A DNA stretch of 64,000 bases from an uncultured Planctomycetales bacterium (GTDB taxonomy: Bacteria > Planctomycetota > Planctomycetia > Pirellulales > PNKZ01). The DNA lies in contig CAVQAC010000018.1 of assembly GCA_963710365.1 (NCBI GenBank), forward strand, positions 281,774 to 345,773, given 5' to 3'. Below are positions 1 to 10,641 of the stretch, piece by piece (the stretch's first letter is position 1; every line of letters starts with the position of its first letter). The position numbers and the translations under genes are program-made. Under the pieces are notes generated by a model. The model was not told the DNA's origin. It did not search any database and was given only the letters and a program-made list of their open reading frames with translations.

Positions 1-1117
1 CGCCGCGCTTTTTGTATCAGGACATCGACGTCGCTCGACTCGACGCGTACGACGTGGCATCGCGGCTGTCGTTGGGCCTGTGGGACTCGCTTCCCGATGA
101 CAAACTGTGGCAAGCGGCCGCGTCCGGTCGGTTGATGAAGCCCGACGAAGTGCGACGGCAAGCCGAGCGGATGGTGGGCGACCTGCGAACGTCCGCCAAG
201 CTGCACGAATTCTTCGAGCAATACCTGCGCATTGACCACTTCACCGACCTGGCCAAAGATGCCAAGCGGTTTCCCGAGTTTGACGAGGAGATCGTCTCCG
301 ACCTGCACACGTCGGTCGATTTGTTCCTGGACGACGTGATCAATAGTGCGGATTCGGACTACCGCCAGTTGCTGCTGGCCGATTGGCTGTATCTCAACGG
401 GCGACTGGCGAAGTTTTATGGAAAAAATTTGCCGGCCAATGCGCCGTTTCAGAAGGTGACCTTGAATGCCGACCGGCGGGCGGGCGTGCTGACGCATCCC
501 TACCTGATGGCTGGCTTCGCTTATACGGCTTCCAGCTCGCCCATTCATCGCGGCGTGTTCGTGGCCCGCAATGTGTTAGGCCGGTCGTTGCGGATGCCGC
601 CGATTGCCGTGGCGCCGGTGCCGGCCGATCTGCAGCCCGATCTGACCACGCGGCAACGCGTGGCCATGCAAACCAAGTCCGACGCCTGCCAGGCTTGTCA
701 TCGGATGATCAATCCGCTGGGGTTTGCCTTCGAGAACTTCGACGCTGTGGGCCGCTTTCGCGACAAGGAGCAGGGCAAACCGATCGACGCCACGGGGGCC
801 TATCAAACCCGCACGGGAGAGATGGTCAAGTTCCGCAACGTCCGCGACCTGGCCCGCTACCTCGCCGATTGCGAAGAGACGCACGAATCGTTTGTCGAGC
901 AACTGTTTCATTACCTGGTCAAGCAGCCCATTCGGCGCACGGCCCGGAAACGTTGTCGAAACTGGAAAAGTCGTTTTCCGACCACAAATACAGCATCCGG
1001 CAATTGGTGATCGAGTGCCTGGTCGATTCGGCGTTGCACAAGGACCAGGCCACGGCTCTGGCGAAAACAGAGCCGGCCGTGGGCCGTGGGCAGCAAGCAG
1101 CAGGCAAAGGGAAATAA
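1..1117 (+). CDS. DUF1592/DUF1588/DUF1585 (PSD/PSCyt) domain protein, 5'-partial; indel near 935
   Basis: ORF 12..1010 has ASRLSLGLWDSLPDD, SSPIHRG, CQACH...INPLGFAFENFDAVGRFR. The C-terminus continues in the 383..1117 frame. Lies directly upstream of a DUF1552 gene, the canonical pairing. Confidence 0.9.
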
Positions 1118-1212
1118 ACCGAGGCGAAGCGGGCCGTTCGCCGCCACCCTCTTCTGTGCGTATATTGCGGGAAGCAGGCCAATCGTGGCCGAACTTTTGA
1201 GGAGAATCATTC

Positions 1213-2529
1213 GTGGCTTCTACAACGAACCGGCGTGAATTCATTCGTCGGCTGGGGATGGGCGCGGCAACCGTGCCGTTCGTACTCAACCTGCCCAGCC
1301 TGGGCTTCGCCAACCAGCAGCAGCGCAAGCAGCGGCTGGTGATCATGTTCAGCCCCAACGGCGTCATTCCGTCGGCCTTCTGGCCCGACGAGCAGGGCGA
1401 GAAGTTCGCGTTCAAGGAAATCCTCAAGCCGCTGGAGCCCTTGCGCAATCGAACGCTGATTCTCAACGGCATCTGCGACAGAGTGCGCGGCGACGGCGAC
1501 AACCACATGCGCGGCATCGGCTGTTTGCTGACGGGCATCGAACTGTTTCCCGGCAACGTGCAGGGCGGATCGCACACGCCTGCCGGCTGGTCGAGCGGCA
1601 TTTCGATCGATCAGGAAATCAAGAACTATCTGCAACGCGACGCCAAGACGCGGACGCGGTTCGGTTCGCTCGAATTCGGTGTGCTGGTGCCCGAACGGGC
1701 CGATACCTGGACCCGCATGGTCTATTCCGGCCCGAACAAGCCGATCGCGCCGATTGACGATCCGTACCAAATGCTGGCCAAGCTGTACGGAAAGCTCAAG
1801 GATCAGGAAACGCTCAAGAGCGTGCTCGACGAGGTGCAAGTCGACCTGGCCAAAGTGGGCAAGATCGTCAGCAAGGAAGATCGCCGGCTACTCGAAGAGC
1901 ACACCACGTTCGTGCGCGAGATGGAGCAAGAACTGGCGGCGGCCAAGCAAGACGTAGGCCACGCCGTACCGAAACTCGAGCCGGGCGTGAAGCACGAAAA
2001 CGACAACATCCCACGGGCCAGCAAGCTGCAAATCGACCTGATGGTCAACAGCTTTGCCGCCGACTTCGCCCGCGTGGCGACGCTGCAATACACCAATTCC
2101 GTCGGCGGGGCCAAGATGCGCTGGCTGGGCGTCGAGGAAGGGCACCACGAACTATCGCACGAACCCGATTCGAACGAGAAAGCCCAGGAGAAGTTGACCA
2201 AGATCAACAAGTGGTTCTGCGAGCAACTGGCCTACCTCGCCAGCCAATTGGCCAAGACGCCCGAACCGGGCGGCGGCGGCAGCCTGCTCGACAACACGCT
2301 CATCGTCTGGACCAACGAGTTGGGCAAGGGCAACTCGCACACGCTCGACAACACCCCGTTTGTGCTCGTCGGCGGCGGGCTCGATTTCCGCATGGGCCGA
2401 TCGGTCAAGCTTCCGAACCTGCCCCACAACCGGCTGTTGCTGTCGCTGGCACACGGCATGGGCCACCAGATCAAGCGCTTCGGCAACCCGGATTATTGCG
2501 GCGAAGGCCCGATGCCGGATCTAACTTAA
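1213..2529 (+). CDS. DUF1552 (HxxSH-type) domain protein with Tat-like N-terminus
   Basis: [11 protein letters not shown]-terminus, [18 protein letters not shown] and [14 protein letters not shown] motifs; GTG start after GGAGA. Confidence 0.9.
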   Translation: MASTTNRREFIRRLGMGAATVPFVLNLPSLGFANQQQRKQRLVIMFSPNGVIPSAFWPDEQGEKFAFKEILKPLEPLRNRTLILNGICDRVRGDGDNHMRGIGCLLTGIELFPGNVQGGSHTPAGWSSGISIDQEIKNYLQRDAKTRTRFGSLEFGVLVPERADTWTRMVYSGPNKPIAPIDDPYQMLAKLYGKLKDQETLKSVLDEVQVDLAKVGKIVSKEDRRLLEEHTTFVREMEQELAAAKQDVGHAVPKLEPGVKHENDNIPRASKLQIDLMVNSFAADFARVATLQYTNSVGGAKMRWLGVEEGHHELSHEPDSNEKAQEKLTKINKWFCEQLAYLASQLAKTPEPGGGGSLLDNTLIVWTNELGKGNSHTLDNTPFVLVGGGLDFRMGRSVKLPNLPHNRLLLSLAHGMGHQIKRFGNPDYCGEGPMPDLT

Positions 2530-2655
2530 TCGGCAATCGGAACTGGAAACCGGCAACAACTCGAATGACGAAATTTGAAACTCGAATGAAATCCAAAATT
2601 CGAATGACGAAACAAATTCCAACGACTAGAATTTGAACATTTGTCATTCGAATTT
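2528..2655. repeat. Heptamer-periodic intergenic repeat (CGAATGA units) with inverted arm
   Basis: CTCGAATGACG, CTCGAATGAA and TTCGAATGACG on the left. TTGTCATTCGAATTT (2641-2655) is the near reverse complement of 2596-2610. Confidence 0.7.
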
Positions 2656-2681
2656 CTTCACTTCCCGGGTTCTCGATTCCC

Positions 2682-3185
2682 ATGCCACAGCCCAACGATC
2701 ACCGTACGCACACACAAAAGCTCTTTCGCGTTGCCACCTGGTTGTTGGGACTATTGGTCTTGGTGGCGATCATTTTCGTCGTGGCGCAGGAATTCAACAC
2801 CGTCGAAAAACGCGAGGACCGCACGGTTGAAAACCTGATGGGCCAATGGAAGAATGCCGGGCTGCCCGTGGGACAAATCCTGCCGGCGGCCGATCCGTTG
2901 GGAGCCATGCGGGCCGCCGAGGCCGACATTGATGGCACGCCGGTGCTGGTCTACCAGTTCGACCCGTTCGACGCAACGCAGGTCAAGATGCTCGATAAGA
3001 TCAAGGCCGAGGGAAGCATCATGCACGACGGCCAAAAGACTCCGATCCTGGTCAATGGGCCGTTCATCCTGGCAGGCTATGAGAAGCACCCCGACAAAGA
3101 TTTGATCGTGAAGACGTTCCAAGGCTTCGGCACGTTCGAGGGAATCGAAGCCGAGCGAAAACTCGAAACGCCCCCCAAGAACTAG
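2682..3185 (+). CDS. Hypothetical protein with one N-terminal transmembrane helix
   Basis: 167-aa ORF with hydrophobic VATWLLGLLVLVAIIFVVA; stop 5 bp before the next gene. Confidence 0.7.
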   Translation: MPQPNDHRTHTQKLFRVATWLLGLLVLVAIIFVVAQEFNTVEKREDRTVENLMGQWKNAGLPVGQILPAADPLGAMRAAEADIDGTPVLVYQFDPFDATQVKMLDKIKAEGSIMHDGQKTPILVNGPFILAGYEKHPDKDLIVKTFQGFGTFEGIEAERKLETPPKN

Positions 3186-3190
3186 CCCTG

Positions 3191-4531
3191 ATGAAACGAA
3201 CCTCGCTTCCACTCGTCCTCGTTGCCCTGTTGCTCCCCGCCCCGCTCCTGCATGGCGGCGAAATCACCCCGCAAGGTAGCGGCGTTGTGGTCGAGGCCGG
3301 CACATACGACGTCGGCGGCAAGCCGGTGACCGTGCGCGAGCGCTGCACGCTGGCGGTTGCTGCCGCTCCGATTCTGAGTGTCAGCAACGAACCCCTCAAA
3401 CTCTCGCTGGACAAGCCCGTTGGATGGGCGAAAGGGACGCGATTGCGAGCCTGCAATGCGCGCGACGTCAACGCCTGCGGATCATTCGTGGCCGGCTCGC
3501 TGGAGATTCGCCGCAGCCCTGGCGGCGAAGTGCTCAAGGAAGCATCCGATTACCTCGTCGATGCCGACTGGGGGCATGTCGGCCTGGGACCGACCAGCCG
3601 CGTCACCGACCACGATACGGTCTTCGCCAGCTATCGCTATTCGCTGTTGCGAATGGATACCATCCAGGTCTCGGCCGACGGCAAGGCTTCGCTCGTCCCG
3701 GGCCAGCCCCATATCAGTTCGCCCGTGCCGCCCGCAGCCGAAACGTCTTGCGTCGCCGTGGCGCATGTGTTCGTCGGCTATCGCGCCACCGAAGTTACGC
3801 ACGACGGCATTTATCCGATCCGCGAAACCGCCGCGCAAGCCGTGACCGGCAGCACTCCCGGGCGGATTCCCAAAACGCTGGCCAAACTCAAAGCGGGCCA
3901 ACCGGTGACGATTGTCTGCTGGGGCGATTCGGTAACTGCCGGTGGTAACGCCTCGCAGCCGGCGCTGCGGTACGTCGACGTGTTTGCGGCCGGCCTGCGT
4001 TCCCGTTTTCCGCAGTCCAAGATCGACGTGCGGAACATCAGCCTGGGCGGGTCGAACAGCCGCCAGTGGCTTCACCCCGACAAGTACCCCTACCAAGGTC
4101 GTAGCGGCAGCGAGAGCAAGGCACAATTCGACCAGGTGCTCAAAGCGAAGCCTGATCTGGTGACAATTGAGTTCGTCAACGACGCCGGCCTATCGCCGGC
4201 AATGGTCGAGCAGACTTACGGCGAGATTCTCGCGAGGTTGGAGCCCGTCGGGGCCGAGGTGATTCTCATCACGCCGCACTTTACGATGTGGCGGATGATG
4301 GGCTTCAAAGCGATGCGAGAAGCCGAACGGCGTCCCTACGTACTCGCGCTGCGCGAGTTCGCCGGCAAGCATAACGTGGCGCTCGCCGACGCCGCCGCGC
4401 GCTGGCAGCACCTGGCGGCCGAAGGCATCCCCTATCTGACTCTGCTGCACAATACGATCAATCATCCCGACGATCGTGGGCACCGGCTGTTTGCCGAGGA
4501 ACTTTGGAAGTGCTTTGATCCGGGGCGTTAG
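3191..4531 (+). CDS. Secreted SGNH/GDSL hydrolase family protein
   Basis: Signal peptide; block I WGDSVT, block III EFVND, block V INHP. Confidence 0.9.
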   Translation: MKRTSLPLVLVALLLPAPLLHGGEITPQGSGVVVEAGTYDVGGKPVTVRERCTLAVAAAPILSVSNEPLKLSLDKPVGWAKGTRLRACNARDVNACGSFVAGSLEIRRSPGGEVLKEASDYLVDADWGHVGLGPTSRVTDHDTVFASYRYSLLRMDTIQVSADGKASLVPGQPHISSPVPPAAETSCVAVAHVFVGYRATEVTHDGIYPIRETAAQAVTGSTPGRIPKTLAKLKAGQPVTIVCWGDSVTAGGNASQPALRYVDVFAAGLRSRFPQSKIDVRNISLGGSNSRQWLHPDKYPYQGRSGSESKAQFDQVLKAKPDLVTIEFVNDAGLSPAMVEQTYGEILARLEPVGAEVILITPHFTMWRMMGFKAMREAERRPYVLALREFAGKHNVALADAAARWQHLAAEGIPYLTLLHNTINHPDDRGHRLFAEELWKCFDPGR

Positions 4532-4654
4532 CTCGTTCCGTAAGTTCGGTGGACGAAATCGGATCTGTAAGACGCCGCGATTTCGCTCGAAAAGCGAGTT
4601 TACCTGGGTATTGCCAGTCGCTAAGATGGCCAAGTCTCAATGGGGGGCTGGCCG

Positions 4655-7101
4655 ATGGCCATTGTACTGGAGCAACTTGTCAAGCAACTGACCGACCTGG
4701 GCATCGTTGCGCCCGGCAAGCTTCAGGATTTCTTGCCCCCAAAGACTCATCCCAAGACGCCTGAAGAACTGCTCCGCCAACTCGTCGAGCAGAACCAATT
4801 GACCAGGTTCCAAGCCCAGCAAGTTCTGGGCGGCAAGGGTAAGGGTTTGGTGCTGGGTGACTACGTCATCCTTGACAAGTTGGGCGCCGGCGGAATGGGC
4901 GACGTGTTCAAGGCTCGCCACCGCCACATGGATCGCGTGGTCGCGCTCAAAGTCGTGTCGCCGCGGGCCATGAAGGACGAAGCGGCGGTCAAGCGATTCG
5001 AGCGCGAGGTCAAGGCGGCGGCCCGGCTCGAACATCCGAACATTGTCACGGCCTTCGACTCGCGACACGACCGCGGCATTCACTACCTGGTAATGCAGTA
5101 TGTCGAGGGCGTCGATCTGTCGGGCCTCGTCAAGCAACAGGGCCGATTGTCCGTTGATCTGGCGATTCAATGCATCTTGCAGGCTGCTCGAGGGCTTGCC
5201 TACGCGCACGGCGAAGGGGTCGTCCATCGCGACATCAAGCCGGCCAACTTGCTGTTGGATAAAAAAGGGACGATCAAGATTCTCGACATGGGACTGGCCC
5301 GGCTCGACGATGCCTCGGTCGACAACCTCACCGGCACCGAGCAAGTGATGGGCACGGTCGATTACATGAGCCCCGAGCAGGCGGCCAGCACGCATGCGGT
5401 AGACGCGCGGGCTGACATTTATTCTTTGGGCTGCACGCTATGGTTTCTGCTTAACGATCGGAAGATTTACGAGGGCGATACGCTCATGTCGCGAATGCTC
5501 AAGCATCGCGAAGCGCCGATTCCCTCGCTGTGCGCCGCCCGCGACGACGTGCCGTATGCGTTGGAGGAGCTCTATCAACGGATGGTGGCCAAGTTGCCGG
5601 AGCAGCGCCACGCATCCATGCTGGAAGTTGTGCGAGAGTTGGAGAGCTTGCAGGCGAATACGTCCGGCCTGAGTCGTCTGGCTGCGAGCGACGACAGCGC
5701 CGTCAATGCGTTTCGTGAATTCACGCTAAGCTTAGAGCCAGGCACCTCGGTTCGAAGAGCGCACCTTCGCGCAACCCAAGACCAGTTTGCCAGGCGGCGA
5801 CGCACTGACCGTTGACTATCGCGACAAGAGCGTTGGAACGGACCCGAAAAGCGAACTAAGTGTCAAGCCTTTGGCTAAGCCACGCCGCGACAAAAAGAAG
5901 AGCACACGCTTCATACCGCTCGCGGCGTGCGTCGTCGGTGCTTTGGCCGTTCTACTGGGCGCGATCGTAATTCTCAAAAACCAACAGGGCGACGGGGTTG
6001 GCAGGGGCGCCATGGGAGTCCCGAAAGGCGTACCGGCGGAGCAGCGTAACGATTTATCTCCCATCGCGGGCAAATTGGCTAGCAAGAAAGGGCCCGGCGT
6101 TCCGGTAAAGCCGCCGGCCCTGGCGAACGCGCCCTTCGATGCCCAGCAGGCACGAAAATATCAAGAAGCCTGGAGCAGGTATCTGAAGATCCCGGTTACC
6201 GCGGCCAACTCCGTCGGTATGGAGATGGTTCTCATCCCTCCCGGCGAATTCCTGATGGGCAGCACCGCCGAACAACTCGCCGCGGCGACAAAGATGGGAT
6301 TCGATGAAAAACGCCTCAATGAAAAAACCGCTGACCTTCGAAACGAGTCCCCACAACATGGCGTGATTCTGACAAAGCCATTTCTGTGTGGAGCGACTGA
6401 GGTCACGATCGGGCAGTTCGAGCAGTTTGTCGCGGCCACGAACTACGTGACAGAACCAGAGCGCGACGGCGGGGGAATGCGGGACACAGAAAAAGATCCC
6501 ACTCGCAACTGGCGGACGCCGGGCGGCACAAATCTGACCGACGATTGGCCGGTCACCCAGATCACCTGGAACGATGCCATCGCATTCTGCAACTGGTTAG
6601 GCGCAAGAAAAGCACGGCTTGGCCTACGATAACCACCCCATCGCAGGATTGCGTGTCCTGCCCAACGACGGCTACCGGTTGCCCTCCGAAGCTCAATGGG
6701 AATATGCCTGCCGGGCTGGCACGGTGACGGTTTTTCACTGTGGCGACGATCCTCAGCAACTAGAGGCATACGCCTGGTTTACCAAGAATTCCGGTCTAGA
6801 GACGCACGCGGTTGGTGAAAGGTTTCCGAACGCATTTGGGTTGTTCGACATGCAGGGAAACGCGGCAGAGTGGTGTCAGGATTTTTTAGACGAGAAATGG
6901 TACGAGAAATCGCCGCGGCTTGATCCGGCTGGGCCAGTTGCCGGAAAAAGTCGCGTCAATCGCGGCGGCCACGCTTCTGTTACAGCCGTCAACCTTCGTA
7001 GCGCTCGCCGATTCAGTGGTGCTCCGACGACACGCGCCATCAAGCTCGGGTTTCGAGTCGTTCGCGTGCTCAATGTTCCGGACTCATCACCGACCCAGTA
7101 A
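4655..7101 (+). CDS. Ser/Thr protein kinase + TM + FGE-sulfatase (SUMF1) domain; indels near 5790 and 6600
   Basis: LGAGGMG, VALK, HRDIKPAN, DMG and GTVDYMSPEQ in 4640..5815. TM, PFDAQQA and IPPGEFLMGS in 5787..6632. YRLPSEAQWEYACRAG, PNAFGLFDMQGNAAEWC and GFRV in 6619..7101. Confidence 0.88.
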
Positions 7102-7326
7102 AGGCGAGGGGCTCGCACCTTGTCGTTCCAATCGGCCAGGGCCGGCGGCAATGATAATTCCAGTGCAGCCGTTTCTGGCAGTTCCCCGGTTTATTCCGCA
7201 CACCTCGATCTAGCTTAACCAGTTGCACCACAGTCGCAGCGACTCCTCTTAAGCGATAAGCTAGAAACTATTGCGGTCCGTAGCGAGGTCGTCATTATTC
7301 GAAAGGCAGTTTATGAAGCTCATAGT

Positions 7327-7872
7327 TTGCGCCTGTCGGGGATTGGAGTCCTGCTGTTGGGCGTGGTGGCAACGCTGGTGGTGCATGCCGAGGATACGGC
7401 GGCCGCTAAGAAAGAAAACCGGCGGATTGAGCATGCCCGCGTGTTCCTGGCGCTGACGCGGCTCGACTTGCAGATGGCCCTGGCTCGCAACAAGGCCAAT
7501 CCGAACACGTTTCCAGGCTCGATGATCGTTCTGCTCGAGCAGCAAGCGGCTGTGGCCGAAGAATGGTTGCGGCACACGCAGAATTCGGATTCGACAGCCT
7601 ATGATTTCACCGTCAATAGCGCCCAGATCATTGCGAACGCCGAGGCGGCCAACTATGCCAATGCAGTGAAACTCAACCGGCTCGGAGCCATGAACGCCGA
7701 GGATCTGGAGAGGATTCGTCTCAAGTCCGAACTTGCCCAACTGAGCTTGGGGTGGGCCAAGGAAATCGATCCGTCGTCGACAACCGCCCTGATGCAGTTT
7801 CACGTCGTGCGCTTGGGCGAAAACGTGGGCGAACTCACCAGGACGCAGTTGGAACTGCTGGACAGGAACTGA
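7327..7872 (+). CDS. Hypothetical secreted, predicted helical protein
   Basis: Signal-peptide-like N-terminus ending VHA; 181-aa ORF filling the gap between two kinases. Confidence 0.65.
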   Translation: MRLSGIGVLLLGVVATLVVHAEDTAAAKKENRRIEHARVFLALTRLDLQMALARNKANPNTFPGSMIVLLEQQAAVAEEWLRHTQNSDSTAYDFTVNSAQIIANAEAANYANAVKLNRLGAMNAEDLERIRLKSELAQLSLGWAKEIDPSSTTALMQFHVVRLGENVGELTRTQLELLDRN

Positions 7873-7937
7873 TCTCCGCAGTGTTGGATACGGTGCGCCG
7901 CCGTTGATCCTCGCGGGAAACGTGATCCCGCGAAGCG

Positions 7938-10383
7938 CTATGGATCCAAGATGATGATGTCCTCGCTACGAACGTCGCCCGCGGCACGATACAGCGTGGC
8001 CGAAAGATATTCGATTTCGGCCAGCGACTTGTTCACGCTCGCGTCGTACTCGGCCTGAGCCGCCTTCTTGAGTTTGACGGTGTCGCTCATCAGTTCGCGC
8101 AGACGCTGATCGGCGGCGTTTTGCACCTGCTGGCCCCAAAGCTCCATCTCGTGGTGGTGCCGCATCAATTCGGGCGGGCTCGGCACGTCCGGCAGCGGCG
8201 GCGCCGGTCTCTCGCCCAACGCTTCAGCCAGTTTGGTCATGGCATCGTGCCCCTCCTGCTTGCCAAACCCGTTCTTGGCTTTGGTCCGCTGGCCATTGAT
8301 GAAGCGGATGCTGGCGAGCTTCTCGGCTACTTTGGCGTCCTTCTGCGCGACGTCCGTGAACCGAGTCACTCGAATCTGCCAGCGCCAGGTTGCTCCGCGC
8401 TTGAGTTCCACGCGGACGTCCTTGACGTTCATCGTAGCGGCCAACTCACGCAGGCCCGGCGCCTGGCCTGCCCCGCTCGACGCGAGCGAAGCTGGCAGCC
8501 TGGCGCGGCCGCCAAATTGCTTTCGGCCAACCGAGTCGCCGAACTCATACTGCTTGCCCGTCGATGGGACGAAGAGTTTCCCACGGGCGACGCGAAAATC
8601 GAATTGCTCAAGCGCCGCCGCAGCTTGCCTCGCAGCGGGTGTGTCGGGGAAGTCCGCGATGCCCTGGTGGACTTGCAGGCAAGGAATCCGAGTCTGACCG
8701 GTTGGCGACCCTGGAATGCTCGGGATCGCGGCTTCCGAGTCGTCGAGCGATTCTAACGCTTGAATGCGGGGCAGGGTCGCGCTCTCCGAAACGGTAGAGT
8801 TCAGCATCCTGCTTTTCGTCGCGGAATCCGGCTTCAGCAGACTGGAGCCTGCCGAGGCATAAAGCTGGTTGACGTTCGCAGCTTCGATCTCCGGGCTGGG
8901 AGTGTCCACGGTTTGCGATGCCAACGGTTCGTTTGCACCCAGAATTGCCGGTGGCGAATTGCCTGGCTCGATCGAATCCTTTGGCGTTTCCAATTTGACT
9001 GGAGTTGCATCGACCGATGCGGTGGTCGCGTCGGCTTGGCTCACTTCGAGCGGCTGCTGGGGTTCATCGGCGGGAACTACCGCCGGCGTCGCAGGCAATT
9101 GCTTGGGCTGAATCCCCAGGAATATACCGGGCACAGATCGCTGCCGCGTGCCGTCCGAGGCCACGATTGAGGCCCGGGCTGGGGAGATCTGTTTCGGTGC
9201 CTGGCTCCAAAGGAAGACGCCCGCGGCGCCGCAGATTGCCAGCGAGATGACGCCCATTGCCATCGGCGCTCGGCTCGATCTCGCTGCTCGTTTGACAATA
9301 GAAGCTTTCGCACGAAGTTTCGGAGTGCTCTTCATGCTCAAATCGAAAGATAGATCCGGCCACGATTCGGCCTGTCTGGTTTCCTGAGCACTCACGACGG
9401 ACCGCGGCAGCAAGGCCTTGGCGCCGGCTTTGAAGAAAGGCCCCAGCGCTCTCGCCACTTCGGCCGGAGTCTGATACCGGTCCTCCGGCTTCTTGGCCAT
9501 CATCTTCGCCACGATCGCGGCCAATTCGGCCGGAACATCGGCCCGCAACTGGTCGAGCGGCCTGGCCTGCAACTTGTCGTGGGCTTGCATGATTTCATAC
9601 AGGCTGCTGTTGCCCGCAAACGGCGCGTCGCCCGAGAGCAGAAAGTAGAGCGTGCAGCCGAGGCTGTAGATGTCGGCACGGATGTCCGCCTGGTGCGCAT
9701 CGAGCGATTGCTCCGGCGCAATGTAATGAGGCGTGCCCAGCATCTGCCCGTTCTGGGTCAGTTCGCCGTCGATCGGCTTTTCGCGCGTCGCCTTGGCCAG
9801 GCCGAAGTCGAGGATCTTGACGATGTGCTTCTTGCCCACGATGGAGAGGATCAGGTTGTGCGGCTTGATGTCGCGATGCACCATGCCTCGTTCGTGGGCG
9901 TGCTGCAGCCCGATCGCGGCTTGATGCGCGTAGAACGTTGCGTTCGTCACCGGTAGCCGGCCGCGACGGCGGACGACTTGCCACAGATCCTGCCCATCGA
10001 CGTATTCCATGGCGAGAACGAGCAGGTCGCCGAGTCGCAACGCGCGTATGCGCGGCGACGATGTTCGCGTGGTTCAAACTGGCCGCCGCACGGATTTCGC
10101 GCTGGAACCGTTCCAGCGAATCGTGCCAATCGAGCAGCACGTTGTTGACGACCTTCAGCACCTCGAGCCTGTCCATCAGCCGATTGCGAACGAGATACAC
10201 GACCCCCATCCCGCCTCGGCCGAGTTCTTTGAGCAGTTCGAAGTTGGGATGGCTGGTCAACTCGACGGGAATGCTCCGATCGGCTGACCCGTCGGCGCGC
10301 GGACGTCGCCAGGGCGGGCCTTCGTCGGGCGCGGTCTGAAAGGGATCGGTGGGGTACTGATCCGGGACGTCGTGATTTTGCAT
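7938..10383 (-). CDS. Ser/Thr protein kinase with TM helix, Pro/Ala/Ser linker and unknown C-terminal domain; indel near 10045
   Basis: LGRGGMGVVY and EVLK in the 9595..10440 frame. HRDIKPHN, DFG, GTPHYIAPEQ and a TM segment in 7938..10040. Confidence 0.87.
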
Positions 10384-10641
10384 TTTTGAGACCTGTGCCC
10401 AGGACAGGCGACGCCCCCCCTGAGAAACAATCTCCGGCAACGGAAGCCGCTAATGCAATCAACGTACGACCCCGCCAATTTGAGACATGGAATTTGCCCG
10501 AAATCTGCTCGGCGCGAACTTTCCGGGCTAGGCCTGTCGACGCAAGTGATGTCTTATAAGCACGTTGCAACTACCATTGGCAGCGACCAAGCGAGGAGCG
10601 CAGTTTTCTGAAACCAGGCGGGGGCTTCGCTCGCCATGTTC

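Noticed and set aside
4655-7101. FGE-sulfatase domain as a diversity-generating retroelement target
   Set aside because: No reverse transcriptase and no template-repeat copy of its 3' end seen in the window.
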